Below are positions 42,823 to 55,922 of a stretch of 64,000 nucleotides of DNA, in pieces. Each line of letters starts with the position of its first letter. Positions within the stretch are counted from its first letter, which is position 1. Position numbers and translations under genes: made by a program. The notes beneath the pieces are model-generated. The model saw nothing but the letters and a program-made list of their open reading frames with translations, ran no database searches and was not told the DNA's origin. Origin of the DNA: Paraspadella gotoi (Eukaryota > Animalia > Chaetognatha); the NCBI GenBank assembly GCA_051294375.1, contig CM119270.1, positions 16,081,562-16,145,561 on the forward strand, in the 5' to 3' direction.

Positions 42823-45800
42823 CAAAGTTTCCAACACAGAGTTGAGAAGGGATAGTGGTCAATTGTGAGGACAGATTAAGGTGAAACAAATAGAGCCAGT
42901 TTGTGAAAAGAAATTGAAATAGAGAGAGAGAGAGAGAGAGAAGGAGAGAGAGAGTGAGAGAACTTGAAAATAATACATTGTGCAATGTACAACAAAGATA
43001 AATATTGTTTAAAACTTAATGATCAGTGTTAACAATTAACTACTGTGAATAAATAAGTTAGTGAAGATGAAATTGTGAAATTTGAAATGTGAAGGAAATA
43101 GAGGTGAGGGATAGTTAAGCAATTATTATTATAGTGAAGTATAAGAGTTAAGATAGAGCTCAAAGTGAGCTGGCCCCCCTTGGCTTGTGCAAATGAAAGG
43201 CCTGATCGATGTGGTCGGGTCATTGACGTGTCAGTGGCTGTGAGGACAAAATCGTTGAGCCTATGTGTGCGGCGTTAGGGAGGCTTCCTTGCGGGAAGAT
43301 ACCCAAGGCTACTCTGATGTCTCTCTGGCCTGGTACGCCTGCCGACTGCCCTCTTCTCGCCTGCTGACGAGGTGGGCGGCTTTCCATTCTTGCCGTTGTT
43401 GAAAATTCATTTCAAACTTTTCTAATAATTATTACACAACGAAAAGAAAGGATTATACCACAATGAATAATATTATAATAATAATAATATTATAAAAAGG
43501 CCAAACATTAACCTGGGTTCCCAACATGTTGGTCATATTTCTCGACTTAAGTCCCTCCCAGTAGTGTCCATCGGGACGAACGTAGGAGTGCTTGGAAGAT
43601 CCGTCGGCCGCTTCCAAGTCGACGATGACGGTGACAAAGAGATATCGCATGTTGAAAAAGGGACGTTCGATCACGTATATCTCGTGCTTCATTTTCGAGG
43701 TGTCAGCTCGTTGAAAGTTGATCGTCTGAGGCACCAATTGAGCTAGCTCTTCCAATCTTGGTAAAAAGATGAATGTAAAGTTGGTTTAAAAAAAACACTA
43801 TTTGAAACATTTGACAATTTTATTAAATTCTTTGTGAATGTTTTCCCGATTTGTTTTTTTTCACAGTGAAACCAGAATAGATTAGAGTGCTTGGTTATAT
43901 TTGATTTGAAAACAAGTTTAAAACGAAAAAAAAAAAGGTTTTTGAAACTTTTACAGTCTCAGAGCTGTTAATAAGTGCAATAATGATAATATTGAAGAGG
44001 CTGGTTTTACAGGGCGCCACACCCGCAGCGATGTCACCTCGTGGCGACAGCGAGACAGCATGTTCATATTGTCCAGAGCTTAGGATCTGGCAGTAGGCCC
44101 ATGCCTACAGGCGGGTTACCCGGTCCATCCCACTTTCTACATGACAACCTCAGGGATCGAACCAGGGACGCACATTGGGATGGTGCATTAGTGCACTGAG
44201 CCACTGAGGCGCTGCGAAAGAAACAGCTTTAATCCATCTGTGGTGATAGGACCACCAGAATATTGTAGAAGACGAAAAATAGTAATAATAAAAGTAAGAA
44301 GAAGGTGAAGAATTGTGAGTAAGTCGCCTCAATATTCTAGTTAACAAATCCACCCTAAACCTAAAATCTGTGCAAAAGATGAATTTAAACCCTAAACTAA
44401 CGTATTTCGTTTAAAGTCGGTGGCAGAATCATTGACGCCAATGTTGATCCAGATTCCAGCGTCAGGAAAAAGATCCATTCGAATCGCGTTCAAGTAATTT
44501 TCTTTAACGTCGATGCCTGGAAGTGAGACAATTGTGATTATTCATTCTTTCTGTCTTTAAAGCTCTGAACTTATTCAATATTCACCCATTCACCTGCCCT
44601 CTTCCCCAGTGGCCCGATTTTGTTGGCCAATGGCTGAGCGGTCACATACTTCCAAGTGTCCCATATGTGGGGATAGTCGGCTTGACTGAACGTGCAGTAG
44701 TAGTGAGCCAGATCGATCGGTACGTGAGCGTCGTACTTGTTATTGTATTTTGGATGGTAGACGCTCAGGTCGATAAAGTTGAGTTGATTTTCCGTCGTGA
44801 TTTTTTGCTAAGACAAGAATTAAAATAAATTTTAATAAAGTGATGAGTGATGATTCAAATGTTTAAATCTGATTGCGACTAAAAACTCTTAGTACAAATA
44901 TTTACGTATAAATATAATTTTTAAATAATTTTTGTTCTCTGAAACAAAAGCTACGAGGAATGGTGAGAGGGAGGGGGAAGCAAAGAAAAGTTTTTTGTTT
45001 CCTTTAACTAAAATGTTTAATTACTTGCGGTGCTCACTTTTAAAAACAAATTGTCTTTTTTTTTCATTATATTTTTTCACTGAGTAACATTGTATTTAAG
45101 AAGTCAGACTTCCATGTTCCATTGACAAATTTTTAAAATCCTTGCCGGATTAAACCTAGCTGCTTTAAACTAAAATGTTTTTGGAAGATGAAACAAAAAT
45201 ATACTATCCATAAAAAAAGCCAATTTTGTATTATTTCATTAAAAAAAAAAATAAAGAGCAAAAGTAATCTTGTCTCTCAGAAATGGACTTGAGCAATAAT
45301 TAAATCTTAAGTATAAATCTTTCTTACATCCGGGTACTTATATCCATCCCATTTTTCATCTGGCAAAAAGGAGCCGTAGTTTTCCCTGATGATGCGCATT
45401 TGGTCGTCCGTGAGGTTTTTCGAGTTGGGGTCGACGTCTTTGTTAAGTCCCGGTTTTCCCTTTTTGCGATATTCACGAACAAAGCCGCTCTCTTGCACGC
45501 GCCAGAGTCCGTGTTTGGGTTCGCCGATCAGAGTGAGGACTTGCTCCACGACGTGTAAGAAGCGGTAAGTGCCTAAAAACATACATGAAAGGAATAATTG
45601 GTTGTAAAGAAGAGTAAGCGTTTTAATCAAGTCATACCAAGTTAGATCAATTGCGAAAGGATCTCAAACCCTCTATCTTCTGATTCCAAGTACAGGGTGA
45701 CCCCTCCTCCTCGATTACCGTGTGTTGCCATGTATCCATGGAGAGTCGGAAGTAGCGGAACTCGCGAGTTCGAGGTGAAGTAAAGTGGATCACTTTCTTT

Positions 45801-46768
45801 TCGGTTGTGCTGAGTTCCTGTTGCTCCCGCGTGATCCAAGTATGAAAAGATTCCTGAGCCGAATGAAATGGTAACCAGAGGCTGCGCCAATGCATGTAAA
45901 TCGCTTTCAAGGGCTTAAACTCAACTGTCACTGTGTCAATAATAATATTTTTTTTAAATTTGAATCATTTTTTAACTTTTTTCATTTTTTCAACTTTTAT
46001 TATTTTTCAGCTTGCATCATTTTTTTTAGCTTGCATCATTTTTTTAGAATTCATAATTTTTTCAACTTGTATCATTTTTTCAACTTCTGAGAGGTATAAT
46101 AGCACTTTTTTTACCCAAAAGATAGGTGCAAGGTTTTTAACATTACCAAATGAAAAAAATAATTAACTCTATTCAAAATAAAAACAAATAACTAAATACC
46201 AAAAATCGTGGAAAAGTAAATATAATTTTTTTGGACAATTTTTCATTTGAAGTAACAATATTTTTTTTGCCTGTAACTTCTAAACGAATTGACCTGCAAA
46301 AAAATAGAAGGAATTAATTAAAAATTAAATGTAGATACGGAAACATTCTGATTTTTTTAAATCAAATAAGTTTTCCAGTAAATATCCTTTATTAAAAATG
46401 TGATATACTTTTTTCCTAGAGAGTAATTAAATGACTGATTGTTTTATTAAAAGATTGTTTGATTGATTGATTTTTGATTAATCAATAGATCGGTATGCTA
46501 ATTGATTAATTAACACCATAATTCATTCTTTTCTAATTTAACTCTTCGTTTTAGGCCAAAATCAACGGAATTTTTATGACTAGTAAATATAACTATAACT
46601 AAAATAAAATTTAAACCGAAATGATACGCAAATTTTTATCACATAAAAAAAAAAAAAAAAAATAAGCACACCTCGATCCTTATATCCCGGACCTCCCTCG
46701 CCGTCGGCTCCGAGAAAGGCCGATACGAAAAGGGCGAAGATGACCGATGGTGCCGAAGATCTCCACAT
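40751..46768 (-). CDS. Paralog C: type I membrane protein (~625 aa, 10 exons)
   Basis: Exons 46768-46672, 45853-45719, 45572-45328, 44807-44594, 44516-44402, 43756-43513, 42366-42005, 41891-41744, 41382-41223, 40908-40751. All GT-AG and in phase; signal peptide MWRSSAPSVIFALFVSAFLGADG; TM WAIAIIILQILLILLLVVAIVLACAGAM. Confidence 0.9.
42612..43429 (-). mobile_element. Penelope-like/retrozyme-like insertion with a hammerhead ribozyme (42667-42703)
   Basis: Inverted ends ATTAGAAAAGTTTGAAATGAATTTTCAACAACG / CGTTGTTGAAAATTCATTTCAAACTTTTCTAAT; minus strand CTGATGAaGGCT..AGCCGAAACATGTC; internal (GA)n as in the 12.2-kb fragment. Confidence 0.75.
43993..44259 (-). mobile_element. tRNA-containing solo-LTR-like element (C-related), ATAT TSD
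   Basis: atat|TGAAGAG...CCACCAGA|atat; minus strand has TGGCTCAGTG (A box) and GGTTCGATCCC (B box). Confidence 0.8.
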
Positions 46769-47163
46769 GGCGATCGATTTAACGAAGAAATTGAGCGATG
46801 TTCCGTGGGAACTCGAGCGCGAGTGACGAGAGTCAAAGGTAAGGAAAAGTAAGGAAATATCGTCGATTGATTCGACGCTATTAAGGGTTGAGTTTGAATG
46901 GGTGAGGATTTGACGTCGAACGAAGAACTCGATTAAAATGGACGAGTTATCCTTGAGAATAGAATTTTTGGAGAGCGGGGTTCTTTCTAAACCCGTTCTT
47001 GGGAACCCTAGATATTCGTCGTCAACTTATATTGCGTAAGTTACAGGGTGTAATTTACAGTGCGTAAGTTGACGAAGCTTATTGCTCCTATTCCAGATCG
47101 GAAAACTTGAATTTATTATAATGAATAAGCGCACAAGTATACATGGACAATTTTATAGGATAC

Positions 47164-47423
47164 TGTGGCGAATCCTAAATTCGCCTTCCGTATCTAGGTT
47201 AGTAAAACTCAGCTCGTCCCATTTGCTTGGACAGCTATGTACTAGTTCACCGACCGTTAGTTCCGGGTTCAATCCCATTACGGTCATACTGGTTAAAGTG
47301 TGATGTTGTCGGCATAAACACGCCCGTGACATGGAGTGGTTACTACAGGTCCAAAGCCCTGAGCGCTTGCAGTCGGGAGATGCCTCACACCCCGGCCATC
47401 ATACATATCTCCCCGTTGCCATA
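47164..47423 (+). mobile_element. tRNA-containing solo-LTR-like element (B-related), ATAC TSD
   Basis: atac|TGTGGCG...GTTGCCATA|atac; B box GGGTTCAATCCC. Confidence 0.75.
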
Positions 47424-48164
47424 ATACCTAAGTTTAAAAAATTGAACAGAGCAAACACGTGTAGTTATTACATAAAGTAATTAGTAAACATTTTTTAAAT
47501 CTTAGAGCATATATTTTTTAATATTTAATAAATGAAAATTTGCAAATTACTTGTTTCACTATTTTCTATTTTTCTATTTTAATATTTTAATTTTTAAAAT
47601 TTTTTTTTTTAAGGATTTAGTATTTAATCTATATTATTTTATCAAACATATTTTGCTTTCTTTTTTAAAAATGTTTTATTTATCTAATAATTCAATTTGG
47701 GAAGGGGAAGTCAGTGTTGTCTTCTGGAAATAGAGGGAGCATCTATACAACACAAGGTTAGATTACTATCTGTCCTAGTTTTCTAATAGATATCACACAT
47801 CATTTCTGTTAGAAAGTCATTAATGAAAAATCATAATATCTAAGAGGCTGAACAGAAAGGGGTGGGAATGGATAATTTTTATCAACGTTATATATGATTT
47901 TTTTAAAAAAATTTATAAATAGGGATAAGACTACCATGTAGAATTGTATGTTCTGATAGGGATACATACTGGGGAAAGGTCTTTAGGGGCACCTTTATGT
48001 CATGAATATAATTTTAAAATACTTTAATGAAAATTTTATTTTTTCTTTATCCTATTTTTTAATTATTTTTTTTTTTTTTTTAAATATTTTTTATCTTTTA
48101 TGTTTATACAATGGGAAGGTCATCAGTTGGGAACCTATACCCTTTTTTTATTTTTTTTATATTG

Positions 48165-48364
48165 TGAAGAGACAGTAATTATTGATAAGTGTTAATGACA
48201 GAACCGTTCAATATAAGCAGTCCCTGAGCTTCGGATCAGGCTGTAACACCGTGTTACAGGCGGGTTAAGCGCCCCGTCCCTCTTAACTGCTAGGCGGCCA
48301 CCGGGCTAGAACCCCCGGCACCAATGGCCGCTGATGAACGGTTGGTAGATTTTAGTCCACCATA
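48165..48364 (-). mobile_element. Family C element with an internal deletion, ATTG TSD
   Basis: attg|TGAAGAG...CACCATA|attg. Confidence 0.8.
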
Positions 48365-49429
48365 ATTGATTAAATAATTTTTTAAATCGTTTCCTAAGAT
48401 GCAGGACAGTAAAAAACCACCTCATATTTTTAGATACAGAACTTTTATAATGCAGTTTTCATTCTTTTTAAAATTATCTACATACCATGTTCATATTATT
48501 TTTAAATTAATCGTATTTTAAAATATAAAGAATATTCAAAAATTTAAAAAATTGTTTAAAATTGAATGAGAAATATAGTATCATAAATGGTAAGAACCTA
48601 TCTTTAACATTGTTATCTCATATTAAGATTTAAGAACACAGTTTCGAACTATATGTAAAAGTAAACGGACGGTACCATTGGGACACACTGTATTTATCAA
48701 TAACCCCGTGAGAAAAAATAAAAGAGTAAAAAATTCATAACGAAAGGATGAAAAAGATCGAAATATATAGTATATAAATAGTTATGTAAATAAAAAAGGG
48801 AAATAAAAAGTATTTAATTATTGCCTAATCTATGATTTTGGCAAATTTTGAACGAATTTCATTAGATCAGGCTGCCGTGGCCAGCCATGCCTTGGCGGCG
48901 GTTCCCACGGAACTTCAGCAACAACATCAATTTCATTACCCTTACCAATTTCAGGACCCTTACAAGCGACGTGGATTTTAAAGTCCAAACCTCTCCACGG
49001 GCCGTGGCCGTGCACAGTGCACAGTGTGCACTGCACATCATATCGGAGATTTCTAACTCTCACACCGGCCACCTCCCCTCACTTAAGGGACTTAAGCCAT
49101 CGACGATGTCGCCGACAACATCTTTGGACGGTCCCTCGCAAACTGCACAGGCAACGCTACGCCCAAACCTCATCAAAGGTCTTTTTCATAGAACATGAAA
49201 GCGCCGAAGCACATTGTAAATGCCATACCGTCTGTAACAAACTCGGGTAGTGCCGCTATCTGGTACAACGGTGAAAAAGAAAGCAAAAGTAAATCTGCGC
49301 AGCGGTTAAAGATCCGGTTCAACCAATCCCACGCCTTCCTCGCGTTTGTGGGACCCAAAGACACCGAGCGACTCTTCAGTCAAATCACGTTGGCACACCA
49401 ATTACAAGTTTTGATGTAATCTATTCGCC

Positions 49430-49805
49430 GCTGGACGCAGGATTGCGCCCACGTTGTATTGGGCCCATAAAATTGCGTCCCTTGAATTCCACCCACAATA
49501 CCATTACACTCATAGTATTCCACCTACGTAAGATCGTGACCATATGGGATTCCGCCCCGTGGAATTCCGCCCACATAGAATTGCGCCCACCTCAGACTGC
49601 AAGCAAAGAATAGAGCCCATAGTATAGCACCCAAAGGATTGGACCCACGTAGGATTCCGCCCACCTAGGATTTTGCCCCCGTAGGATTTGGCCCATATTA
49701 TTGCGGTCATAATATTATTACACCCACATAGGATTCCGCCTAGCTGGGATTCTGTCTACTAAGGATTCCGCCCACATAATTGCAAACCCGTATGATTGCA
49801 TCTAC
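49430..49805. repeat. Degenerate ~20-bp tandem repeat (TAGGATTCCGCCCAC)
   Basis: More than 10 diverged units. Confidence 0.8.
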
Positions 49806-50483
49806 ATGTGATTACCGTGAGTTTTAAGATAGCCTAAGGCTAAACATTTGATATAATCCCTCACCTTTTTACCCACTTTTATTTCTCTTTTTAATCGATT
49901 AGATTATTTAGAAAATAGTTCCTGAGTCGAAAAAGTCGAAAAAGCGCTGACCTTCCTCTATTAATGTTAATAAATTTGATAAGATTTTTTTCCGTAATAA
50001 TTAATAATAAATAGTAATGCGTCTTACTTTTAGAATTTGAGCTCAGTTTTGTGCGATACCTATTGACGTTTAATTGAACGATCCTTTGTCTTAACAACAA
50101 AAACTTACAACTAATCAACTTAATTCATATATTTTTGACGGTGATCATTTTAAACTTGCCTTTTATTGCTAAGATTTTGTGATTTAGAATTTACAAAATA
50201 AAAAAACCTCGAAAGTCAAAAATATTTTTCATTGAGCAACAAAGACTGAAAAAGGTATTTAGAACTACCATAGTGATTTAAAAATTTAGTTACATCGTAC
50301 CCTATCATTTATAATCATTACGTAGTTACGGAAATCAGCTCTTTACAACAATTCCTTTGAATTTTTAAATTTTTTTCTATGAGAAGTAATAAACAATATT
50401 TGAAAACAAATATTTTTGAAACGTTAAATTTTAGATCTTAATCTTTATTTACGTTTTTTCCGTATGTCTAGATTTTTATTTTT

Positions 50484-51201
50484 AGTCGGATCTGCTTATC
50501 ACCAGATCCCGACTCTATAATCCACTTTGTCGGTCCGTTGGTCCTCCCTAAATCATTTAAATCATGTCAGAATATCAAATTATATTAAATTATGCAAAAA
50601 AATGATGTCCGTCCATCCGTCCATCTGTCTGTCCATCTGTCCGTCCGTCCCTCCGTCCGCCCGTGTCCCCCCTTAGCATTAAACTCAAATTACTCGTGAT
50701 TAGATTGATGGATTGAAATGAAATTTTGTGTGTGGGTAGGGAAGTGTGTGATATAAAGTTTTGATGCAATCGTGCAAGTGGAAATGAGTTTAAATGGAAA
50801 AAATATAAGTAACATTTACTTAAATATTTTTCCTAATTTGAAATCAAAATTACTCTACTTAATCATAATTGGATGGATAGATGGACAGATAGACAGACGG
50901 ACATAATTTTTTTTGCATAATTTATCATAATTCTATGTTCTGACATGATATATATGAATGCCCGACAAGATTGGGGGGGCGGACCGACGGACCGACAAAG
51001 TGAATTATAAAGCCGGAATCTGCTGTAAGCTTGGCTAGGGGACCAGTGGGGGGGGCCCGCAATTCCTCTCGCCGCCCCTGGTACGATCTGTTATGATCAG
51101 TTAGGATCAAAAATTGAAAGAATTATTGTCATTTATCATCTGATTAGCTGATTACCGCTTAGTTATCGTAGGCAGATCCGACATTGTTTGCTCAAACTTG
51201 C
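50484..51201 (+). mobile_element. Complete DINE-1/HINE-like (Helentron-associated) non-autonomous element
   Basis: T-run, subTIR GTCGGATCTGC with adjacent inverted copy, (GTCC)n, 3' subTIR GCAGATCCGAC, stem-loop GTTTGCTCAAAC, then TT. Confidence 0.75.
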
Positions 51202-51764
51202 TTAAATTTTCTCTGGCTTGAAGGAAATATTAAGTTTGTCCTATTCTTACAAATAAGGAAAGAGAGGGAGAAAGAAAAAAAAGAGAGAAGAAAAAAGAAA
51301 GTGATTGGCAAAGTAGATACTGTATGAAACAATGCTCTTATGCTTATATTTAGTTTATGAAATCATAAAAGAATAATCTCGATATTTTGACATGCCACGT
51401 TGGAGAACCAATCGAATCAAATAAAAAAATCTATTTTATTCTTTTTTTTTTAATGAATTTTCAAGCTTAGGATATGATCGACTAATGACAAGCCTAGGAG
51501 TGCCAACGGGATCGTATTTTTATGTAGCAATAAATCCAAGGATGCGGCGTCAAGAACAAAATATTATATATCATTTTTAAAATCATTCAGATATTAGAAT
51601 ATTGAAAGAGAGGTGGGCGTTTAGCTAATGGTTTATTCGAAAAACGTACTTTTTGACTAGCATAGGCTTACACTAGGGTAATGAGTAAATTAACTAAATT
51701 TGCAGCCAATTAAATGTGTCGATAAATTAAACCTTTGAAAAAGCAGTCAAACGACTATTCAAAG

Positions 51765-51799
<35 letters not shown>

Positions 51800-52185
51800 C
51801 AAATGTACCTAAACTGAGTTCAAGTTTGATTTTCTTATTCAATGTAATATAAAAATCAGAAAATAATTTTATAATTTTCTCCCTCTTTAAGTAATTGTCG
51901 TTTAAATTTTATTTAATCCCGTAACACATAAACATAATAAAGTAGGTACAGGTTCAGTAGATTAGTTCTATCACTGTGTTTTTTGGTTTCTTTAAAAAAA
52001 ACAACTTATGATTGAAATCGCTAGACGTCGCACATCCGTTTTTTAGTTGCGCCGCGAGTACTCGCGGAGCAACTGTATAAGTTACTTTTCGGTCGGTCTG
52101 CCGGTCCGTCTGTTGGTCGGTCTGTCCCACTTACGTTAAAAATGCATATAATTTGCCTATAGTCGATTGCTAGGTTTTTAATACC

Positions 52186-52615
52186 AAAACAAGTTTGAGC
52201 AAACAATATCGGATCTCCTAAACGATAATTAAGTGGTAATAAGCTAACTTGGTCAATTTGCATAATTTAATCAACTTGCATTATTTGGTCTACTGACATA
52301 ATTTTGTCAGCTGGCATAATTTGGTCAACTGACATAATTTAGTTAACTGACATAATTTGGTCAACTGACATAATTTGGTCAACTGACATAATTTGGTCAA
52401 CTGACTTAATTTGTTTAACTAACATAATTTGGTTAACTGACATAATTTGTTCAACTGACATAATTTTGTAAACTGACATAATTTGGTTAATTAACATAAT
52501 TTGGTCAACCGGCATAACTTGATCAACTGGCATAATTTTATCAACTGGCATAATTTGGTCAACTGGCATAATTTGGTCAACATGGCATAATTTTGTCAAT
52601 TGGCATAATTTGGTT

Positions 52616-52648
<33 letters not shown>

Positions 52649-53377
52649 GAGATAGAGAGAGAGAAACTTTAAAAAATTTAAATAAATGTGTCTTTTGGTT
52701 TTTTAATTTGAACTGTTTTCCACTCCTACGATTCCATCAAAAAATTTATATCCAGCTTTATCACATACTTTCCTACCCAGCACCCACACACAAAATTTCA
52801 TTTCAATTTATCGATCCAATTTTTAATGATTATGAGTAAATTTAAGTAAAAATACTTCAAGTAAATATGACTTTTGTTTTTTCCATTTTAACCCATTTCC
52901 GCTTGCACGATTCCATCGAAACTTTATATCCAGCTCAATCCCACATACAAATACACATACAAATACAAATACACATTTCCTACCATCATACAAAATTTTA
53001 AGTCAATTGCCCTATCCACTCATGAGCAATTGGCGTTCAAATAGTGAAATAGATTTTTTTGTTTTTTCCATTTAAACCAATTTCCACTTGCACGATTCCA
53101 TCGAAACTTCATATCCATCTCAATCACACAGTTTCCTACCCACACACAAAATTTCATACCAATCCATCCATCCAATCACAAGTAATTGGAGTTTTTTGCT
53201 AAGGGGGACGGACAGACGGACAGACGGATGGATGGACATCATTTTTTTTGCATAATTTATCATAATTCGAGGTTCTGAAATGATAATAATGATTTACCGA
53301 TAATATTTTGGGGTGGCACCGACGGACCAATAAAGTGAATTATAGAGTCGGAATCTGCTGATAAGCAGATCCGACTA
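52186..53377 (-). mobile_element. Complete DINE-1/HINE-like element containing an 18-bp satellite
   Basis: Same termini inverted; CATAATTTGGTCAACTG(A/G) repeated about 20 times at 52245-52617. Confidence 0.75.
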
Positions 53378-53748
53378 AAAAACCTCAAATCTAAGGGACT
53401 GCTAGCGCCACCTTCAGGAATTCCTATAACTATAAAGATTAAAAGACGGAATTTTGATACGGTGCATGTCATATATACACGGGCAAAAAAAATTATTTAA
53501 TCATGTCATGTCATATCATGCGAAAATAAAGTCCCTCCGGCGCAACACATCGGAATTACCGTTCTTATTTTCTTGAAACAAACTGCTACGCCGACTCGCG
53601 ATGATTCTATTCACCAATCTCTATTTGCTTGTATACTATTTTGTCATTTAATAATTACAAAAGTGACTTTTCAAATTGATGATCTATGCTGGTTAATGGT
53701 CCCCAGTTCGAAAAAGAAGAAACCCCTTACAATTTTCATTAACGTATT

Positions 53749-54004
53749 TATGGCAACAGCCGGGTTGCCTGTGATGTCCATTGGGATGGGGAATCTCACT
53801 GTTAGCTTTGGGGGCTTCCGACCCTCAGTGACGCCTCCAGTCACTGGCGCGGTTACCCTAGGAGGGTCTCGCTTTGCTAACGCAGAGGGAAGTCGTTAGG
53901 ACTGAGGATGGAACACTACGCCTGGGATGGTGTGTTACCCCCTCTGAGCCAATGGATTTGGCTGAATGATGATGGATGTGAGGCGGTGTGAATATACCGC
54001 CACA
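53749..54004 (-). mobile_element. Family B element, third copy (TSD imperfect)
   Basis: Full-length homolog of 3817-4059; the right flank acgt occurs 3 bp left of the left terminus. Confidence 0.7.
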
Positions 54005-54259
54005 ACGTCTTCATTCTCTGTCTATTTATTTATCGGCAAAATTGTCAAATAAACGGGCTGTATGAAAAACTACGCTAATAAGTCCTGACGTCTATAAATT
54101 TGTATTTCCCAATGCCACCAAGGACTAATTGACTTCATTCTCGACTTGGATCTAAACCACTAAAATCCTAGTCACGAAAATCACAAAGAACATGTAATGA
54201 TATTATTAAACGTATACATTTCATCATAAATAACGATTTATAATTTCCCTCCGACGAAT

Positions 54260-54878
54260 TCACGAGGAGACGCGAAGGAATTCCTCAAGCCTTTCACAGT
54301 CAATCGCGGATTCGAAATCTTCGTAATCGCCGCACAGTTGCTCACCATTGAAGATTTGCGGCACAGCGACTTCGCCTTTGAAGTTGGCCCGGCCCTGGTC
54401 CATCGGGAGAGTGATGAAGTGAGCGAGGAAGATCGAAAGGAAAAGAAAAGGAGAATAAGAAAGAAGGAAAGAAAGAAATATATTAATAGGAAAATAACAA
54501 TAATGAAAATTTAGGATAACGTAGGTAATAGGTACGTATATTTAATCCATTTATCAATCCTCACATTTGAGCGCAAGAATTTTCTCGCTTCCTCGTTGCC
54601 AGCGACGTCGACGGTTTCTGAAGAAATTAAAAAAAAAGTCGTCGAAATCGAACAAAAGACAACTTTTTTGGAAATTTTATTTTCTGCTTTAATTCTAGCT
54701 TATAAGAAGATATAATGTGACCTACAATATTGTAAATGTCTCCACGGCCCTACTCACCCAAAGAGAACCGACCCTTTTTCGAAATATCTTCCAAAACCAT
54801 CAAAGTTTTGTGAAATCTTTTCTTTTCTAAAAGTTTCGCGGTGGCCGTCGAATAGTAGACTTTGATGACGGGCGACAT
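54260..54878 (-). CDS. SH3BGRL: SH3BGR-like (SH3 domain-binding glutamic acid-rich-like, thioredoxin-fold) protein, 102 aa
   Basis: Exons 54878-54758, 54617-54565, 54394-54260 give MSPVIKVYYSTATA...ETVDVAGNEEARKFLRS...VPQIFNGEQLCGDYEDFESAIDCERLEEFLR; IKVY, VDV...E.R and PQIFN...CGDY..F motifs are typical of the family. The symbol is family-level only. Confidence 0.88.
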
Positions 54879-55475
54879 GTCACAGATGACAAGCACAGAT
54901 GTACGAAGTCGATGGAGCGAGGATTAGAGGTTGAGCAAAAGCAAAAGCTGAATGCCTTGGTCAACAGTAGCAGCTAAATGTATTCATTCGGTCAAAATTA
55001 ATATTTAGGAATTCGCAGTAATGCAGGCTGTCATTTAGTCAGGGAATTAGAGACAAGAGACAACGTTAGACATAGTGAGCTTATCATTAACAATGCATTT
55101 TTCGCCAAGAACAAGAAAAAAACCTTTTTTACAATCGCATTATAACTGTAGGAACGCAAACATGTACCGATGAAGATATTGCGACACTCGCTGCCACGTC
55201 ACTGACGTAAAGAGTGACGAGTTGGTTAAATTGCTCGTTTCAATACATTGCAGCGGTACAATGTGTACACAATGTTTAGACAATGTGCAATTTATACATT
55301 TACAATTTACCGAATAAAAGAATCTATTTGATCAACATTAAAAAAAAACAATAGAAAAACGTTGGGTTTTTAATAAGAAAACAATCTTTTAATAGAAGTC
55401 AATTTTTGAAAACCTGTTTATTTTGAAAAGCTGAAAAATAACTGCTGAAACAGGTATGGAGAGAGACAGAGAAAT

Positions 55476-55554
<79 letters not shown>

Positions 55555-55922
55555 GCGATTCATTAACCCACGAGTTCACATTGAATAAAAAATCGTATGA
55601 TTTCCAAGAAAAAACAGCGAGACATTCTCTTTGAGCTCATTTTTTTGCAAGAAAAAAAAAATTCGCCAATAGCGAAAGACCGACGGAAGCGAACTCCGCA
55701 GAATCGCGATGAAAAAAGGTTTGAAATCCCTCCACCCAAAAAATCGAGACTTTCAATTTCGTTTCGCTTCAAATATATTTTCTTTTATTCCTCGCCATAA
55801 CAAAAACAAAGAGAGAAGTGATGCATTTAAATTTCTTTTTTTATCGATTTCTATTTATCAATGTTTTTTTTTTTTAAAGGATTACAGCGAAAAAAAGCAC
55901 AAATAAATATTCAGATTCTCAT

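Noticed and set aside
45719-45853. Heme peroxidase (QHNR resembling EHNR) or LPMO assignment for the gene family
   Set aside because: The motif is not conserved in paralog A (EHGR), other peroxidase motifs are absent, and there is no His at the mature N-terminus.
48887-49419. ORFs with a CxC motif suggesting a SWIM/MULE remnant
   Set aside because: The motif is incomplete and interrupted, with no supporting TIRs.
52245-52617. CRISPR-like array or repeat protein (VDQIMS)n
   Set aside because: Head-to-tail 18-mers without unique spacers, inside a transposon, in eukaryotic DNA.
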